A stretch of 64,000 nucleotides of DNA from Nemertoderma westbladi (GCA_032718475.1 JAUCBJ010001846.1:186001-250000), one strand, 5' to 3'; positions 50,796 through 62,113 are shown, numbered from the stretch's first letter. The notes: generated by a model not told the origin, from the sequence alone. Numbers and translations: made by a program.

Positions 50796-52307
50796 ATGAA
50801 AAACCTTCTTAAATCGCTTGAAAAAGGCAAAGCACAGTTATCCGCTCACCCCTTTTACCACTGGGTGAAAACAAGCCCAATTCCCTTTGAAAAAAAGCTG
50901 ATGTTCATCCCCATCATGATCCACTTTGTGATGAACTTTCGAGACATGAACCGTTGGGTTATTCGCTTTGAAAACGACCAAAAAAACCCCTTTAAACAAA
51001 CCATCAACAACCACACCTTGGAAGATGAAACCCACTCCAAACTATTTTTAGAAGACTGGCACAAACTACATATGGACGATAAAACAAACTGGCAACCAAA
51101 AGACCTACTATGGTGGCTATTTTTAGCACCCAATACCGAAACCATCAGGCAATGCGGTGCAGAATATATTCGCCTAGCCGTCGAAGATAGAGGTGATCCC
51201 TTGGTTCGCTACGCCCATGCTGAAACGGTTGAAATATGTGGCCGTGTATTTTTTGAGTGCATATCGCCCTTGGCCGATGCCCTTGGTAAAGCAAAAAAAC
51301 TAAATTATCGCTACTTTGGCCTATATCACTTTGCGCGTGAAAAAGGCTCAATGATTGATTCAGAAGCCCTTTTCCACCAACAAACTCTGACTCTCACCCA
51401 ACAAAAACGCGCCCAAAATTTAGCTCATCGCATGTTTGAACTTTTTTTTATATTGCACGACGCCTTTTTTGACTACATTCAGCAATATGTCGAAACCAAC
51501 ACCTTGCCCCGCCCTTCTACTGCACCAAACATCCAAATTCAACCAATCACCAAAATTGAAGTACCAAACATTAAAACCGCCTTTCATCCCAATCAACAAA
51601 CCCTTCAAACACAGCTAAACAACTGCAAAAAAAAGGCCGAAGCCCACCCCTTTTATCAACACCTGCGAACAAATCCCCTACCCGCCAAACAAAAACTACA
51701 GCGCTTCATCCCCCTATGGGCGTTTGACATATTAGGCTATCGAGACCTAAACCAATACGGCTTTCGTTACCCAAACCCGCAAACCCACCTTGAGTACCAC
51801 ATCAACCAACAGGTGGATAACTTCATCACCCACAGCCAACTATTTTTAACCGACTGGGAAGCCTTGGGCATGGATAAAGCTCTATGTTGGGTGCCTAGCC
51901 AGCTGCTTGATTTTTTATACTTTGATCATGGCATGAACGTGCACCGAAAGCATTTAATTGGGTTTATGAAACTAGCCATTGAACATGATGATCCTGTTGA
52001 GCGGTTGTACTTCATTCAAGCCCTAGAGGCAAGCGGTGAAGCCTTTTTTAACGCTACTGCCACCCTGGCCAAAGCCTGTGAAAAAACCGACGGTATCGTA
52101 CTCAATTACCTAGGTAATCAACACAGCATTTATCACCCACATCCGCACGTGCAACCTTTAGAAATTTTACAAGACCAACCTATCAACAAACAGCAGTGTA
52201 CTCATATTCAAAAACTGATCGAAACCGTATTTCAAGCACTGGATCAAAACTTAAACCTATCTTTTGAGGCAGTCTTAACCAACAAATTTGCAATTCAATA
52301 CCACTAA
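50796..52307 (+). CDS. Tandem-domain heme-oxygenase-like diiron oxidase (AetD-like)
   Basis: Internal duplication (AHPFY, FIP, RD.N, HS.LFL.DW..L.MD, E..G..FF, NY...G..H). Domain 1 has NFRDMNR and INNHTLEDETH. Confidence 0.75.
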   Translation: MKNLLKSLEKGKAQLSAHPFYHWVKTSPIPFEKKLMFIPIMIHFVMNFRDMNRWVIRFENDQKNPFKQTINNHTLEDETHSKLFLEDWHKLHMDDKTNWQPKDLLWWLFLAPNTETIRQCGAEYIRLAVEDRGDPLVRYAHAETVEICGRVFFECISPLADALGKAKKLNYRYFGLYHFAREKGSMIDSEALFHQQTLTLTQQKRAQNLAHRMFELFFILHDAFFDYIQQYVETNTLPRPSTAPNIQIQPITKIEVPNIKTAFHPNQQTLQTQLNNCKKKAEAHPFYQHLRTNPLPAKQKLQRFIPLWAFDILGYRDLNQYGFRYPNPQTHLEYHINQQVDNFITHSQLFLTDWEALGMDKALCWVPSQLLDFLYFDHGMNVHRKHLIGFMKLAIEHDDPVERLYFIQALEASGEAFFNATATLAKACEKTDGIVLNYLGNQHSIYHPHPHVQPLEILQDQPINKQQCTHIQKLIETVFQALDQNLNLSFEAVLTNKFAIQYH

Positions 52308-52311
52308 TTTC

Positions 52312-52331
52312 TCGCCTTTAAAGTAAGGCGA
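52312..52331 (+). terminator. Hairpin after the diiron-oxidase gene
   Basis: TCGCCTT-taaagt-AAGGCGA; no strong U tract. Confidence 0.4.
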
Positions 52332-52393
52332 ATGGCTTCAACTTATGTGAAAGATTCGTTACAATCAGACCCTATTGTTAGAGTGGAGTTAGT

Positions 52394-53671
52394 GTGCAAA
52401 TTATCGACATACAAGGGTTAGAGATTTTAGACTCACGAGGCTTTCCAACCGTTGAAGCAACCGTTACATTAGCCGGAGGACACGTGGGGCGAGCCGCTGT
52501 GCCTTCAGGCGCATCAATAGGGGATAAAGAGGCGTTAGAAAAACGAGACGGTGGCACACGCTTTTTAGGCAAAGGGGTTAGTCAGGCTGTTTCAGTCATC
52601 AACCAAACCATTGCAAATCATCTTGTGAGCCAAACATTTGATGACCAAGTCGCTTTAGATAATTGCCTAATTCACTTAGATGGCACACCGAATAAAGAAA
52701 ACTTAGGCGCTAATACTCTATTGGCTGTTTCACTTGCCTTTGCGCACGCATTGGCTAAGGCACGTGGCATATCCCTTTATCAGCAAATGGCTTGGCAACC
52801 GAAACGACTTTTACCCGTACCGATGATGAATGTAATTAACGGCGGCACCCATGCTAACAACCAGCTAGATTTTCAAGAATTTATGATCATTCCTGTGGGA
52901 GCAGTAAGCTTTAGTGAATCGCTTGAAATGGGCGGGGCTGTTTTTCAACACCTTAAACAATTGTTGAACCAAAAAGGCATGGCAACCTCGGTGGGTGATG
53001 AAGGCGGGTTTGCCCCTAATCTTTCTAGCAATATTCAAGCACTTGATTTCATCATGCAAGCCATTGAGCGTGCAGATTTAAAACCAGGCGCTGATGTGTA
53101 TTTAGCCTTGGATGTTGCCAGTTCAGAATTTTATCAAGATGGGCAGTATCATTTGCAATCTGAAAATAAAACACTCAGTGCTGAAAAGCTTTGCGCATTT
53201 TTAAATAGCTGGGTGACTCAATACCCTATTATTTCCATTGAAGATGGTATGGATCAAAACGATTGGGCAGGCTGGCAGCACTTAACCCGTTTATTGGGCA
53301 GTAAAATACAAATTGTGGGCGATGACTTATTTGTCACCAACACCCAACTACTTCAAAAAGGCATTGATCAACAAGCCGCTAATGCTATTCTGATTAAACC
53401 CAACCAAATTGGCTCGCTGACTGAAACCATCGAAACCATTCGTTTAGCGAAGCGCTCGAATTATTCAGTGGTGATATCGCACCGTTCAGGCGAGACCGAA
53501 GATACCACCATTGCAGATTTAGCCATCGCTTCTAATGCCATGCAGATCAAAACAGGCTCAATGTGTCGAACGGATCGAGTCGCCAAATACAACCAACTAC
53601 TTAGAATTGAAAAAGCTTTAGGCGCTCAAGCGAAGTATGCAGGTCGCCAAGCATTTCCTTGTTTAGTATAA
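52394..53671 (+). CDS. eno: Enolase
   Basis: [34 protein letters not shown] and KYNQLLRIE. Confidence 0.98.
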   Translation: MQIIDIQGLEILDSRGFPTVEATVTLAGGHVGRAAVPSGASIGDKEALEKRDGGTRFLGKGVSQAVSVINQTIANHLVSQTFDDQVALDNCLIHLDGTPNKENLGANTLLAVSLAFAHALAKARGISLYQQMAWQPKRLLPVPMMNVINGGTHANNQLDFQEFMIIPVGAVSFSESLEMGGAVFQHLKQLLNQKGMATSVGDEGGFAPNLSSNIQALDFIMQAIERADLKPGADVYLALDVASSEFYQDGQYHLQSENKTLSAEKLCAFLNSWVTQYPIISIEDGMDQNDWAGWQHLTRLLGSKIQIVGDDLFVTNTQLLQKGIDQQAANAILIKPNQIGSLTETIETIRLAKRSNYSVVISHRSGETEDTTIADLAIASNAMQIKTGSMCRTDRVAKYNQLLRIEKALGAQAKYAGRQAFPCLV

Positions 53672-53956
53672 ATGCGGCTGCTTTCTAACTTGGTGATTGT
53701 TTTGCTCCTATCGGCCATTGTGTATGTACTAGGCCTTTTGGGGGGTCAGTATGGTTTTAAAGAATATATAGCCATCAGAGCATCGGTGAAATTAAGGCAA
53801 CAACAAAATGAAGTATTGTTTCTTCATAACCGCAACTTAAAACAGTTATCTCAAAAGCGGCTATTGCCTAGCTATTTTGAGCATCAAGCCAGAGAACACT
53901 TAAAATTAATCAAAAAAGGCGAACACTACCACACATTCACGCAAAATAACCCATGA
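53672..53956 (+). CDS. ftsB: Cell division protein FtsB (septum formation initiator)
   Basis: TM plus coiled coil and E..ARE.L.LIK.GE; eno-ftsB-ispD-ispF synteny. Confidence 0.8.
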   Translation: MRLLSNLVIVLLLSAIVYVLGLLGGQYGFKEYIAIRASVKLRQQQNEVLFLHNRNLKQLSQKRLLPSYFEHQAREHLKLIKKGEHYHTFTQNNP

Positions 53957-54651
53957 AAGTATGGGTCATTATTTTAGCAGGGGGTCAGGGGCATCGGTTC
54001 AGGTCAGCTACTTTAAAACAATTCACCAATTTATGTGGGCAACCTGTCGTCGCCTATTCTGCTCGCGTACTGAGCCAAATATCTAACATTGGGGGGGTAG
54101 TGTTTGTACTACCGAAGGGTCACATTTGGGGTGATTATGTTCAATTACCATCCACTTTCTCTGTGCACCAAGCCCAAGCGGGTCAGTCTAGGGGGCATTC
54201 ACTCTTCAATGGATTTGGTGTGTTAAAACAGCACTTTGAAGCGGGTAAAAACGATTGGGTGTTAATTCACGACGCCGCCCGCCCCAACATTTCACTTCAA
54301 ATTGTTCAAAAATTACTAAACGCGGTGGAACATGAGCCGTATGGGGGCATTTTAGGCTTACCTATTGTGGAAACCATTAAGCGCATTAATCAAGCAGGTC
54401 GAGTGATTGATACCGTTGACCGAGCAGCGCTTTATGTTTCGCAGACCCCACAGATGTATCGTTTAGGGGTGCTTAATCAATTGTTAGAAAAATATTATGA
54501 TCAGCTATCAAGCATAACCGATGAATCCATGTTATTTGAACGCGCTAAATACCCCATTGCGTTGGTAGAAGGGGATAAAAACAACATTAAAATCACCACT
54601 AAAGCGGACCTAAAATGGCTAAAGCACCAAATCAAGCAACCTATCGCATAG
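53953..54651 (+). CDS. ispD: 2-C-methyl-D-erythritol 4-phosphate cytidylyltransferase
   Basis: ILAGGQG.RF, KQF, HDAARP, QTPQ, TDE and NIKITT..DL. Confidence 0.94.
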   Translation: MKVWVIILAGGQGHRFRSATLKQFTNLCGQPVVAYSARVLSQISNIGGVVFVLPKGHIWGDYVQLPSTFSVHQAQAGQSRGHSLFNGFGVLKQHFEAGKNDWVLIHDAARPNISLQIVQKLLNAVEHEPYGGILGLPIVETIKRINQAGRVIDTVDRAALYVSQTPQMYRLGVLNQLLEKYYDQLSSITDESMLFERAKYPIALVEGDKNNIKITTKADLKWLKHQIKQPIA

Positions 54652-55127
54652 GGTTTGGGTACGACCTACACACCTTTGATGCACAAAGCAAAAAACCCCT
54701 AATGCTTGGGGGCGTTTTAATCCCCAATCATTATGGTGTACGAGCGCATTCCGATGGGGATGTAGTGCTTCATGCTATTATTGATGCGCTTTTGGGGGCG
54801 GCTGGTTTGGGCGATATTGGGCAGTGTTTTCCAGACACCGATCCAAAATGGGAAAATTGCCCCAGTACGCACATGCTTTTAGCGGTGAAAGAAAAAATTC
54901 AAGCACACGGTTACACCATTGAAAATATTGATACCACCATTATCACCGAAACCCCTAAAATTACCCCCTATCGATCATTAATCCAAAAAGCCATTGGCAA
55001 ATACTTATCGATTGGTAATGATCAAATCAGCATTAAATCAACTACTCATGAAGGCGTGGGGGCGATTGGTGCCAAAAAAGCTATTGCCGTGCATGCAGTT
55101 TGTTTGCTCATACGTCAATCAGAATAG
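54615..55127 (+). CDS. ispF: MEcPP synthase
   Basis: RIGFGYDLH and HSDGDVVLHAIIDALLGA..LGDIG..FPD. Confidence 0.96.
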   Translation: MAKAPNQATYRIGFGYDLHTFDAQSKKPLMLGGVLIPNHYGVRAHSDGDVVLHAIIDALLGAAGLGDIGQCFPDTDPKWENCPSTHMLLAVKEKIQAHGYTIENIDTTIITETPKITPYRSLIQKAIGKYLSIGNDQISIKSTTHEGVGAIGAKKAIAVHAVCLLIRQSE

Positions 55128-55130
55128 CGC

Positions 55131-55159
55131 TTGAAACATCAACGTGATTGGATCATAAT
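55131..55159 (+). promoter_or_regulatory. Putative sigma70 promoter of ppsA
   Basis: TTGAAA-N17-CATAAT. Confidence 0.45.
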
Positions 55160-55188
55160 AAAACCCATTTAATACCCTAGTTAACCCG

Positions 55189-57570
55189 ATGCATATAGTT
55201 GATTTAAAAGATGTCACAATCAGCGATATATTGTCTGTGGGCGGGAAAAATGCGTCCATTGGCGAGATGCTCAATCACCTATCTACCATAAGTGTTCGCG
55301 TGCCGGGGGGTTTTGCGGTAACAGCGCAAGCATTTGATTATTTTATTGAACAAAACCAACTGAGTGATTTAATTGATTCACAAATTAAGCACTTAGATGC
55401 CACCAACCTAGAACAGTTGGCCAAAACAGGCAAAACCATCCGCCAAGCCATTATGGATGCTCGGTTCCCCACTGACCTTGAACAACACATTACCCAAGCC
55501 TATCAAACGTTAAGTCAAAACAATGATTGTTCATTTGCGGTACGTTCATCAGCAACCGCTGAAGACCTGCCCGATGCTTCCTTTGCAGGGCAACAAGAAA
55601 CCTTTTTAAATGTAGCTGGGATTGATGATATCCTGCATTCAATTAAGGCGGTTTTTGCCTCACTTTACAACGACCGCGCCATCTCATATCGCATACATCA
55701 AGGGTTTGATAAAGTTAAAATCTCCATCTCTGTGGGCGTTCAAGTAATGGTACGAAGTGACATGTCCGCATCAGGGGTCATGTTCACCATTGACACCGAA
55801 TCAGGCTTTGAAGATGTCATCTTCATTACTGCCAGCTACGGGCTGGGTGAGATGATTGTTCAAGGGGCTGTTAACCCGGATGAATTTTATGTGTATAAAC
55901 CTAATTTAGAAAGCGGTAGGCCTGCCATCCTAAAACGTGTTTTGGGATCTAAACAACTGAAAATGGTGTATCAAGATGCGCCAAAAGCTGGCGTGTCTTC
56001 TGTGAAAGAAATGCCTGTTTCCCTCGACGATCAAACCCATTTTTGCATTAGCGACCAAGACATTCAAACCCTTTGCGATTACGCCTTAAAAATTGAACAA
56101 CACTACAAATGCCCAATGGATATTGAATGGGCAAAAGATGGAATAACGGGTGAAATATTTGTGGTACAAGCCCGCCCTGAGACCGTTAAAAGCACCAGTA
56201 AGGGTAGCCAAAGCTATGAACGCTACACCATCGATTCAAAAGGCGCCAATGTACGTGTAACAGGCCGTAGCATTGGGCAACGCGTTGGTTCAGGGACTGT
56301 GAGAAACATCGATAACATCAGCCAAATTAGCGAAGTGCAAGCAGGGGACGTGCTGGTGACCGATATGACAGACCCTGACTGGGAGCCGATTATGAAAAAA
56401 GCATCGGCCATTGTCACCAACCGTGGGGGTAGGACTTGTCATGCCGCCATTATTGCACGCGAACTAGGCGTGCCAGCGGTTGTCGGTTCAGCAGATGCAA
56501 CCGAAGTGCTTCAAACCGGTGAGCAAGTAACCGTTAGTTGTGCCCATGGCGATACCGGCTTTGTCTACGATGGGACACTCAGTTTTGAAAAACAATCAGT
56601 TTCAATGGCAACCATGCCTGCTATTCCGGTGGATATCATGATCAATATTGCCAATCCTAATTTGGCATTTTCTTTATCCAACCTACCCAACTGTGGGGTT
56701 GGCTTGGCGCGTTTAGAATTTATTATTAATCAAGTCATTGGGATTCACCCCAAGGCATTAATCAATTTTGACGAGCTCCCCTCACCCCTAAAACAAACCA
56801 TTGGCAAAAAAATTGCTTGTTATGACTCTCCCGAGGATTATTTTATTCAACAACTGAAAGGGGGAATTGCAACCATTGCGGCGGCCTTTTTTCCCAAGCC
56901 TGTTATTGTACGTTTTTCAGACTTTAAGTCCAATGAATATGCCAGTATATTGGGGGGTGAGGGTTTTGAGCCTGAAGAAGAAAACCCCATGCTAGGGTTT
57001 AGAGGCGCTGCCCGTTACCTAGACCCGAAGTTTTCAAAATGCTTTGAACTAGAATGCGAGGCCATCAAACAGGTCAGAAACCAAATGGATTTAACCAATG
57101 TGAAGGTCATGATCCCCTTTGTTCGCACCTTAGATGAAGCAAAATCAGTGCTCAAATTGTTAGAAAAAAATGGACTAGCACGTGGACTCAATGGCTTGGA
57201 AGTGATCATGATGTGTGAACTGCCTTCTAATGTTTTGTTGGCTGAAGAATTTTTAGACTATTTTGATGGCTTTTCAATTGGCTCAAACGATATGACCCAA
57301 CTCACCCTTGGGTTAGATCGAGACTCTGGTATGATCGCCCATCTGTTTGATGAGCGTGACCCAGCGGTTAAAAAGATGATCTGTCTTGCCATTGAGGCTT
57401 GCCGAAAAAGGGAAAAATATGTGGGTATATGTGGACAAGGCCCCTCAGACCACCCCGCATTTGCACACTGGTTAATTGAACAAGGGATTAGCAGTATTTC
57501 ACTGAATGCTGATACCGTTGTTCAAACTTGGACCAAAATTGATACCATGTTAAATAAAAGGGAGACCTAA
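55189..57570 (+). CDS. ppsA: Phosphoenolpyruvate synthase
   Basis: VGGKNAS.GEM, AVRSSATAED, GGRTCHAAIIARE and FSIGSND.TQ. Confidence 0.98.
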   Translation: MHIVDLKDVTISDILSVGGKNASIGEMLNHLSTISVRVPGGFAVTAQAFDYFIEQNQLSDLIDSQIKHLDATNLEQLAKTGKTIRQAIMDARFPTDLEQHITQAYQTLSQNNDCSFAVRSSATAEDLPDASFAGQQETFLNVAGIDDILHSIKAVFASLYNDRAISYRIHQGFDKVKISISVGVQVMVRSDMSASGVMFTIDTESGFEDVIFITASYGLGEMIVQGAVNPDEFYVYKPNLESGRPAILKRVLGSKQLKMVYQDAPKAGVSSVKEMPVSLDDQTHFCISDQDIQTLCDYALKIEQHYKCPMDIEWAKDGITGEIFVVQARPETVKSTSKGSQSYERYTIDSKGANVRVTGRSIGQRVGSGTVRNIDNISQISEVQAGDVLVTDMTDPDWEPIMKKASAIVTNRGGRTCHAAIIARELGVPAVVGSADATEVLQTGEQVTVSCAHGDTGFVYDGTLSFEKQSVSMATMPAIPVDIMINIANPNLAFSLSNLPNCGVGLARLEFIINQVIGIHPKALINFDELPSPLKQTIGKKIACYDSPEDYFIQQLKGGIATIAAAFFPKPVIVRFSDFKSNEYASILGGEGFEPEEENPMLGFRGAARYLDPKFSKCFELECEAIKQVRNQMDLTNVKVMIPFVRTLDEAKSVLKLLEKNGLARGLNGLEVIMMCELPSNVLLAEEFLDYFDGFSIGSNDMTQLTLGLDRDSGMIAHLFDERDPAVKKMICLAIEACRKREKYVGICGQGPSDHPAFAHWLIEQGISSISLNADTVVQTWTKIDTMLNKRET

Positions 57571-57576
57571 ATTTTA

Positions 57577-58797
57577 ATGACTAACTTTAAACAAAAAGCA
57601 CTGAACTATCACACAACTCCCACCCCTGGTAAAATTGGAATTCGTTTAACCCGCCCCTTTGAAACACAAGAAGAACTAAGCCTTGCGTACTCACCCGGTG
57701 TGGCCGAACCCTGTTTAGAAATTCAAAAAGACCCTAATTGCGCTTATCAGTACACCAATAAATCCAATTTATTGGCTATTATCTCCAATGGCACAGCCGT
57801 GTTGGGCTTGGGTGATATTGGCGCTTTGGCTAGTAAACCGGTGATGGAAGGTAAATCAGCCTTATTTAAAAAATTTGCAAACATTGATGTTTATGATATT
57901 GAACTAGGCAGCAAAAACACAGACGACATTGTACAAACAATCGCAAACATTGCCCCCACCTTTGGTGGCATTGTGCTAGAAGATATCGCAGCACCTGCTT
58001 GTTTTGAAATTGAAAAAAAATTGATCGAACGTCTTAATATTCCTGTGTTTCATGACGATCAACATGGCACTGCCATTATCATTGCTTCAGCTTTGCTAAA
58101 TGCGCTAGAAATCCAGGGCAAAACATTGCCAGATGCACGCATTGTTTGTTTGGGAGCAGGGTCTGCCGGCATTGCAGCATTGAATTTACTATGTGAGTGC
58201 GGTGTGAAAAAACAAAACATTGTACTGATTGACCGAGAAGGCGTTATTCGAACTGACACAACAGGTGCATCGCCCTACAAAAAGGCCTATGCTACTGATC
58301 AAAACCTGTATCAACTAGATGATGCCATTGAAGATGCAGACGTATTTATTGGCGTGGCGGCAGCTAATTTATTGAAAGAATCTATGCTGAAAAAAATGGC
58401 ACCCAAGCCAGTTGTATTTGCCTTATCCAACCCCAACCCTGAAATTGACCCCAATGTGGCCAAAGCCTGCAGGCCCGATGCGGTGGTCGCCACTGGTCGA
58501 AGCGACTACCCTAATCAGGTTAATAATGTATTGTGTTTCCCCTTTTTGTTTCGAGGTGCATTAGATGCACATGCTTGTGAAATTAACCTAGCGATGAAAA
58601 AAGCATTTATTTATGGGTTGGCAGCTTTAGCAAAAGAACCCGTTATTGATTCAGTTAAAACCATTTACAATGATCAAACGCTACAGTTTGGTAAAGATTA
58701 CATTCTCCCCAAACCATTTGATTCAAGGCTTGGACAAGTGCTACCAAAACTGGTTGAAAAAGCGGCTATTGATTCGGGTGCAGCACAAAAAAGATAA
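57577..58797 (+). CDS. NAD(P)-dependent malic enzyme (short form, no PTA domain)
   Basis: AYSPGVAEPC, KPVMEGK, FHDDQHGTAI, GAGSAG and TGRSDYPNQVNN. Confidence 0.94.
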   Translation: MTNFKQKALNYHTTPTPGKIGIRLTRPFETQEELSLAYSPGVAEPCLEIQKDPNCAYQYTNKSNLLAIISNGTAVLGLGDIGALASKPVMEGKSALFKKFANIDVYDIELGSKNTDDIVQTIANIAPTFGGIVLEDIAAPACFEIEKKLIERLNIPVFHDDQHGTAIIIASALLNALEIQGKTLPDARIVCLGAGSAGIAALNLLCECGVKKQNIVLIDREGVIRTDTTGASPYKKAYATDQNLYQLDDAIEDADVFIGVAAANLLKESMLKKMAPKPVVFALSNPNPEIDPNVAKACRPDAVVATGRSDYPNQVNNVLCFPFLFRGALDAHACEINLAMKKAFIYGLAALAKEPVIDSVKTIYNDQTLQFGKDYILPKPFDSRLGQVLPKLVEKAAIDSGAAQKR

Positions 58798-58829
58798 TGA
58801 GGAAATGTTGATAATCAAAAGGAATTCAT

Positions 58830-59219
58830 ATGTTACAAAAAGATAATCGACCCATTTTTTTAGATTTATTTAAAATTCATTTCCCTGTTACTGCCATTGT
58901 GTCAATCTTGCATCGAATCAGCGGTATTGTATTGTTTTTAGGGGTGCCGGTTGGTTTATATTTGCTTGATTATTCAACCTTGAGTATTGAACATTTTAAA
59001 CACATTCAATATGTTTTAATTGACAAGTCATGGATGATTCAGTTGATTTTATCTGTACTAACATTATGTGCTAGTTTTCATTTAATTTGTGGTATTAAAC
59101 ATTTGCTGACAGATTGTGGAATTGGCAAAAGTTTATTACATGGCCAACAAAAAGCGTGGTTTGTTATTATTTCGACGGTTTTGGTCACTGTTTTTATCCT
59201 ATTTAATTACATACTTTAG
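58830..59219 (+). CDS. sdhC: Succinate dehydrogenase cytochrome b556 subunit
   Basis: RP..LDL....FP.TAIVSILHRISG and FH...GIKHLL.D. Confidence 0.93.
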   Translation: MLQKDNRPIFLDLFKIHFPVTAIVSILHRISGIVLFLGVPVGLYLLDYSTLSIEHFKHIQYVLIDKSWMIQLILSVLTLCASFHLICGIKHLLTDCGIGKSLLHGQQKAWFVIISTVLVTVFILFNYIL

Positions 59220-59241
59220 TTAAGACATAAGGAAATTTGCT

Positions 59242-59571
59242 ATGTATAATTTATTTGGTTCAGGCGTTAGAACGTGGGTGCTTCAACGATTATCTGCTTT
59301 GTATTTAGCACTTTATTTGGTGGGTCTAATTATTTATTTAAACGCAAACCCCATTGAAAATTATCTAACATGGCGACTTTTTTTAAGTAATTTTTGGTTT
59401 CAAATCAGTACCATTATTTTTCTAATAAGCATTTTTTACCACAGTTGGGTTGGTATTCGGGATGTATTGTTAGATTACTTATCCAATAAAACCACCAAAC
59501 TATTTGCTTTGACAGCACTGATGGCAGTGATTATAGCTGGGCTTATTTGGGGCATTTATATCGTGGTGTAA
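59242..59571 (+). CDS. sdhD: Succinate dehydrogenase membrane anchor subunit
   Basis: G...W.LQR.SA and HSWVGIRDVLLDY. Confidence 0.92.
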   Translation: MYNLFGSGVRTWVLQRLSALYLALYLVGLIIYLNANPIENYLTWRLFLSNFWFQISTIIFLISIFYHSWVGIRDVLLDYLSNKTTKLFALTALMAVIIAGLIWGIYIVV

Positions 59572-59598
59572 CTTTTTTTGAATAATTAGGAACTTAAA

Positions 59599-61392
59599 AT
59601 GGCAGTATCGTTAGACATCCACAACATTAAAAAAGAACAATTTGATGTGCTGATCATCGGCTCTGGAGGTGCAGGTCTTCGCGCGGCACTTGAATTATCA
59701 CAGGCAACCAAACGGATTGCGGTAGCCTCTAAAGTGTTTCCCACCCGTTCTCATACTGTGTCTGCCCAAGGGGGCATGAATGCAGCGCTTGCCAATGTAG
59801 TGCCTGATAACCCTGACTGGCACACTTACGACACCATCAAAGGGGGTGATTATTTAGTGGATCAAGATGCAGCTGAATTTATGTGTCGGGAAGCAGCTGA
59901 GGTGGTCTATGAAATGGAACATTTCGGTGTACCCTTCTCACGGCTGGATAATGGTCGAATTTACCAGCGTCCTTTTGGGGGGCAAAGCCAGGAATTTGGC
60001 GGCGCTCAGGCTGCCAGAACTTGTGCAGCCGCTGACAGAACAGGGCATTGTATTTTACAAACTTTGTATCAAAAAAGTTTGCAAGAAAAAGTGTTTTTTT
60101 ACAATGAATACTTGGCCATTGATCTGTTTAGAGATGATGAAGGCCGTGTGTTAGGGGCACTGTTGATGGGCATTGAAAAAGGGGATTTAATTGCCGCTTG
60201 GGCCAAAGTAACGATGCTGGCGACCGGCGGTGTGGGGCGTTTATATAAAACCACTTCAAATGCGCATAGCAACACTGGAGATGGCATTGCTATGGCGATG
60301 CGAGCAGGCATTCCTGCACAGGATATGGAATTTTTCCAATTCCATCCAACCGGTATTGCTGGCAAAGGCATGCTAATTTCAGAAAGTGCCCGCGGTGAAG
60401 GGGGTTATTTAATTAACAGTGAAGGTGAGCGTTTTATGGAGCGTTATGCGCCTAACGCTAAAGAACTGGCTAGCCGAGATGTGGTGGCCAGGGCTATTGC
60501 CATTGAAATTAGAGAGGGTCGGGGTTGTGGGCCTGATAAAGACTATATCAATCTTAAACTGATGCATTTAGGGGCTGAAAAAATCAAAAAATATTTACCC
60601 AGCATCCGTCAATTGGGCATTACCTTTGCAGGGGCAGATATGATAAATGATTTTATACCCGTTGCCCCCACCAACCATTATGCTATGGGTGGTATACCCA
60701 CTGATTTAAATGGCCAAGTTATTTTAACTAATAAATATGGGGAAAGCACACCTGTGTCAGGTTTATATGCCATCGGGGAATGTGCATGTGTTTCTGTTCA
60801 TGGTGCTAACCGATTAGGTGGGAATTCATTGTTAGATATTGTAGTGTTTGGTCGTGCTGCAGCTAGGCATATTAGTGAGACGATTGCAGATCAAAAACAT
60901 GGCCTATTGGATGAAAGTTTAATTAAAAATGCAGCCAGTCGGTTGACAAGGTGGGTGGAGAAACACGTTTATTCTAATGATTCAGTGAGTGTGGATACAT
61001 TAAAACAAGAGCTTGCAACTTTAATGGAGCGATATTGCAGCGTTTTTAGAGATGCAGACACTTTAGAACGAGGTTTGCATGCGTTGACTGAGCTTGAGAA
61101 GAAATTTGAGCGGGTTGTTATTAATGATTACAGTCAAATTTTTAATACCGCGCGTGTTGAAGTACTAGAGCTTGAAAATTTAATTCAGCTTGGCTTTGCC
61201 ACCATTCATTCAGCCATTAACCGAACAGAAAGTCGCGGTGCCCATACCCGTGAAGATTACCCTGATCGAGATGATGAGAATTTTTTAAAGCACAGTTTAT
61301 TTGCTTGGGAGGACCGCTCGGTTGCTTATAAGCCCGTTCGGATGAAGCCCTTAACACTAGACACTTTTCCGCCTAAAAAGCGCGTATATTAA
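59599..61392 (+). CDS. sdhA: Succinate dehydrogenase flavoprotein
   Basis: [36 protein letters not shown] and ESRGAH. Confidence 0.98.
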   Translation: MAVSLDIHNIKKEQFDVLIIGSGGAGLRAALELSQATKRIAVASKVFPTRSHTVSAQGGMNAALANVVPDNPDWHTYDTIKGGDYLVDQDAAEFMCREAAEVVYEMEHFGVPFSRLDNGRIYQRPFGGQSQEFGGAQAARTCAAADRTGHCILQTLYQKSLQEKVFFYNEYLAIDLFRDDEGRVLGALLMGIEKGDLIAAWAKVTMLATGGVGRLYKTTSNAHSNTGDGIAMAMRAGIPAQDMEFFQFHPTGIAGKGMLISESARGEGGYLINSEGERFMERYAPNAKELASRDVVARAIAIEIREGRGCGPDKDYINLKLMHLGAEKIKKYLPSIRQLGITFAGADMINDFIPVAPTNHYAMGGIPTDLNGQVILTNKYGESTPVSGLYAIGECACVSVHGANRLGGNSLLDIVVFGRAAARHISETIADQKHGLLDESLIKNAASRLTRWVEKHVYSNDSVSVDTLKQELATLMERYCSVFRDADTLERGLHALTELEKKFERVVINDYSQIFNTARVEVLELENLIQLGFATIHSAINRTESRGAHTREDYPDRDDENFLKHSLFAWEDRSVAYKPVRMKPLTLDTFPPKKRVY

Positions 61393-61408
61393 TTCAAACG
61401 AGGTTGAT

Positions 61409-62113
61409 ATGAAGTTTTTAATTTATCGATATAACCCAGAAAAAACCCCCAAGCCGCATATGCAGGCGTATGAAATGCCTGAAGCTGAAATAACCCCTGG
61501 TATGATGCTTTTGGGTGCATTGAAATTTCTAAAATCTCAAGATGATTCCTTAACCTTTCGACATTCTTGTGGCGAGGGTAATTGTGGGTCAGACGGGGTG
61601 AATGTGAACGGTAAAAACTGTTTAGCTTGTATCACGCCTGTTAGTGATTTTAAGGGTAATCTTGTGGTGATTCGACCCATGCCGGGGCAGCCAGTGATTC
61701 GTGATTTGGTAGTGGATATGACCAACTTTTATAAACAGTATGAATCGGTTGAGCCTTACCTTCAAAACACTCAACCTACCCCTGCTGCAGAACGCCTACA
61801 ATCGCCAAAGGATAAAGCCAAGCTTGATGGCATGTATGAATGTATTTTATGTGGCTGTTGTTCAACCGCCTGCCCCTCTTTTTGGTGGAACCCCGATAAA
61901 TTTAAAGGGCCTGCTGCCCTGCTTCAGTCAGCCCGTTTTATTTTTGATAGTCGGGATGATCAAAAACAAAAACGCTTGGATCAACTCAATGACAGTTTCT
62001 CGCTATATCGTTGTAAAAACATCATGAATTGTGCCAGTGTTTGTCCTAAAAATTTGAATCCATCTGAAGCCATTGGCAACATTAAACGCGAGATGATCAA
62101 AGATTCCGTTTAA
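61409..62113 (+). CDS. sdhB: Succinate dehydrogenase iron-sulfur subunit
   Basis: SCGEGNCGSD, CILCGCCSTACP and C..IMNC..VCPK. Confidence 0.98.
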   Translation: MKFLIYRYNPEKTPKPHMQAYEMPEAEITPGMMLLGALKFLKSQDDSLTFRHSCGEGNCGSDGVNVNGKNCLACITPVSDFKGNLVVIRPMPGQPVIRDLVVDMTNFYKQYESVEPYLQNTQPTPAAERLQSPKDKAKLDGMYECILCGCCSTACPSFWWNPDKFKGPAALLQSARFIFDSRDDQKQKRLDQLNDSFSLYRCKNIMNCASVCPKNLNPSEAIGNIKREMIKDSV

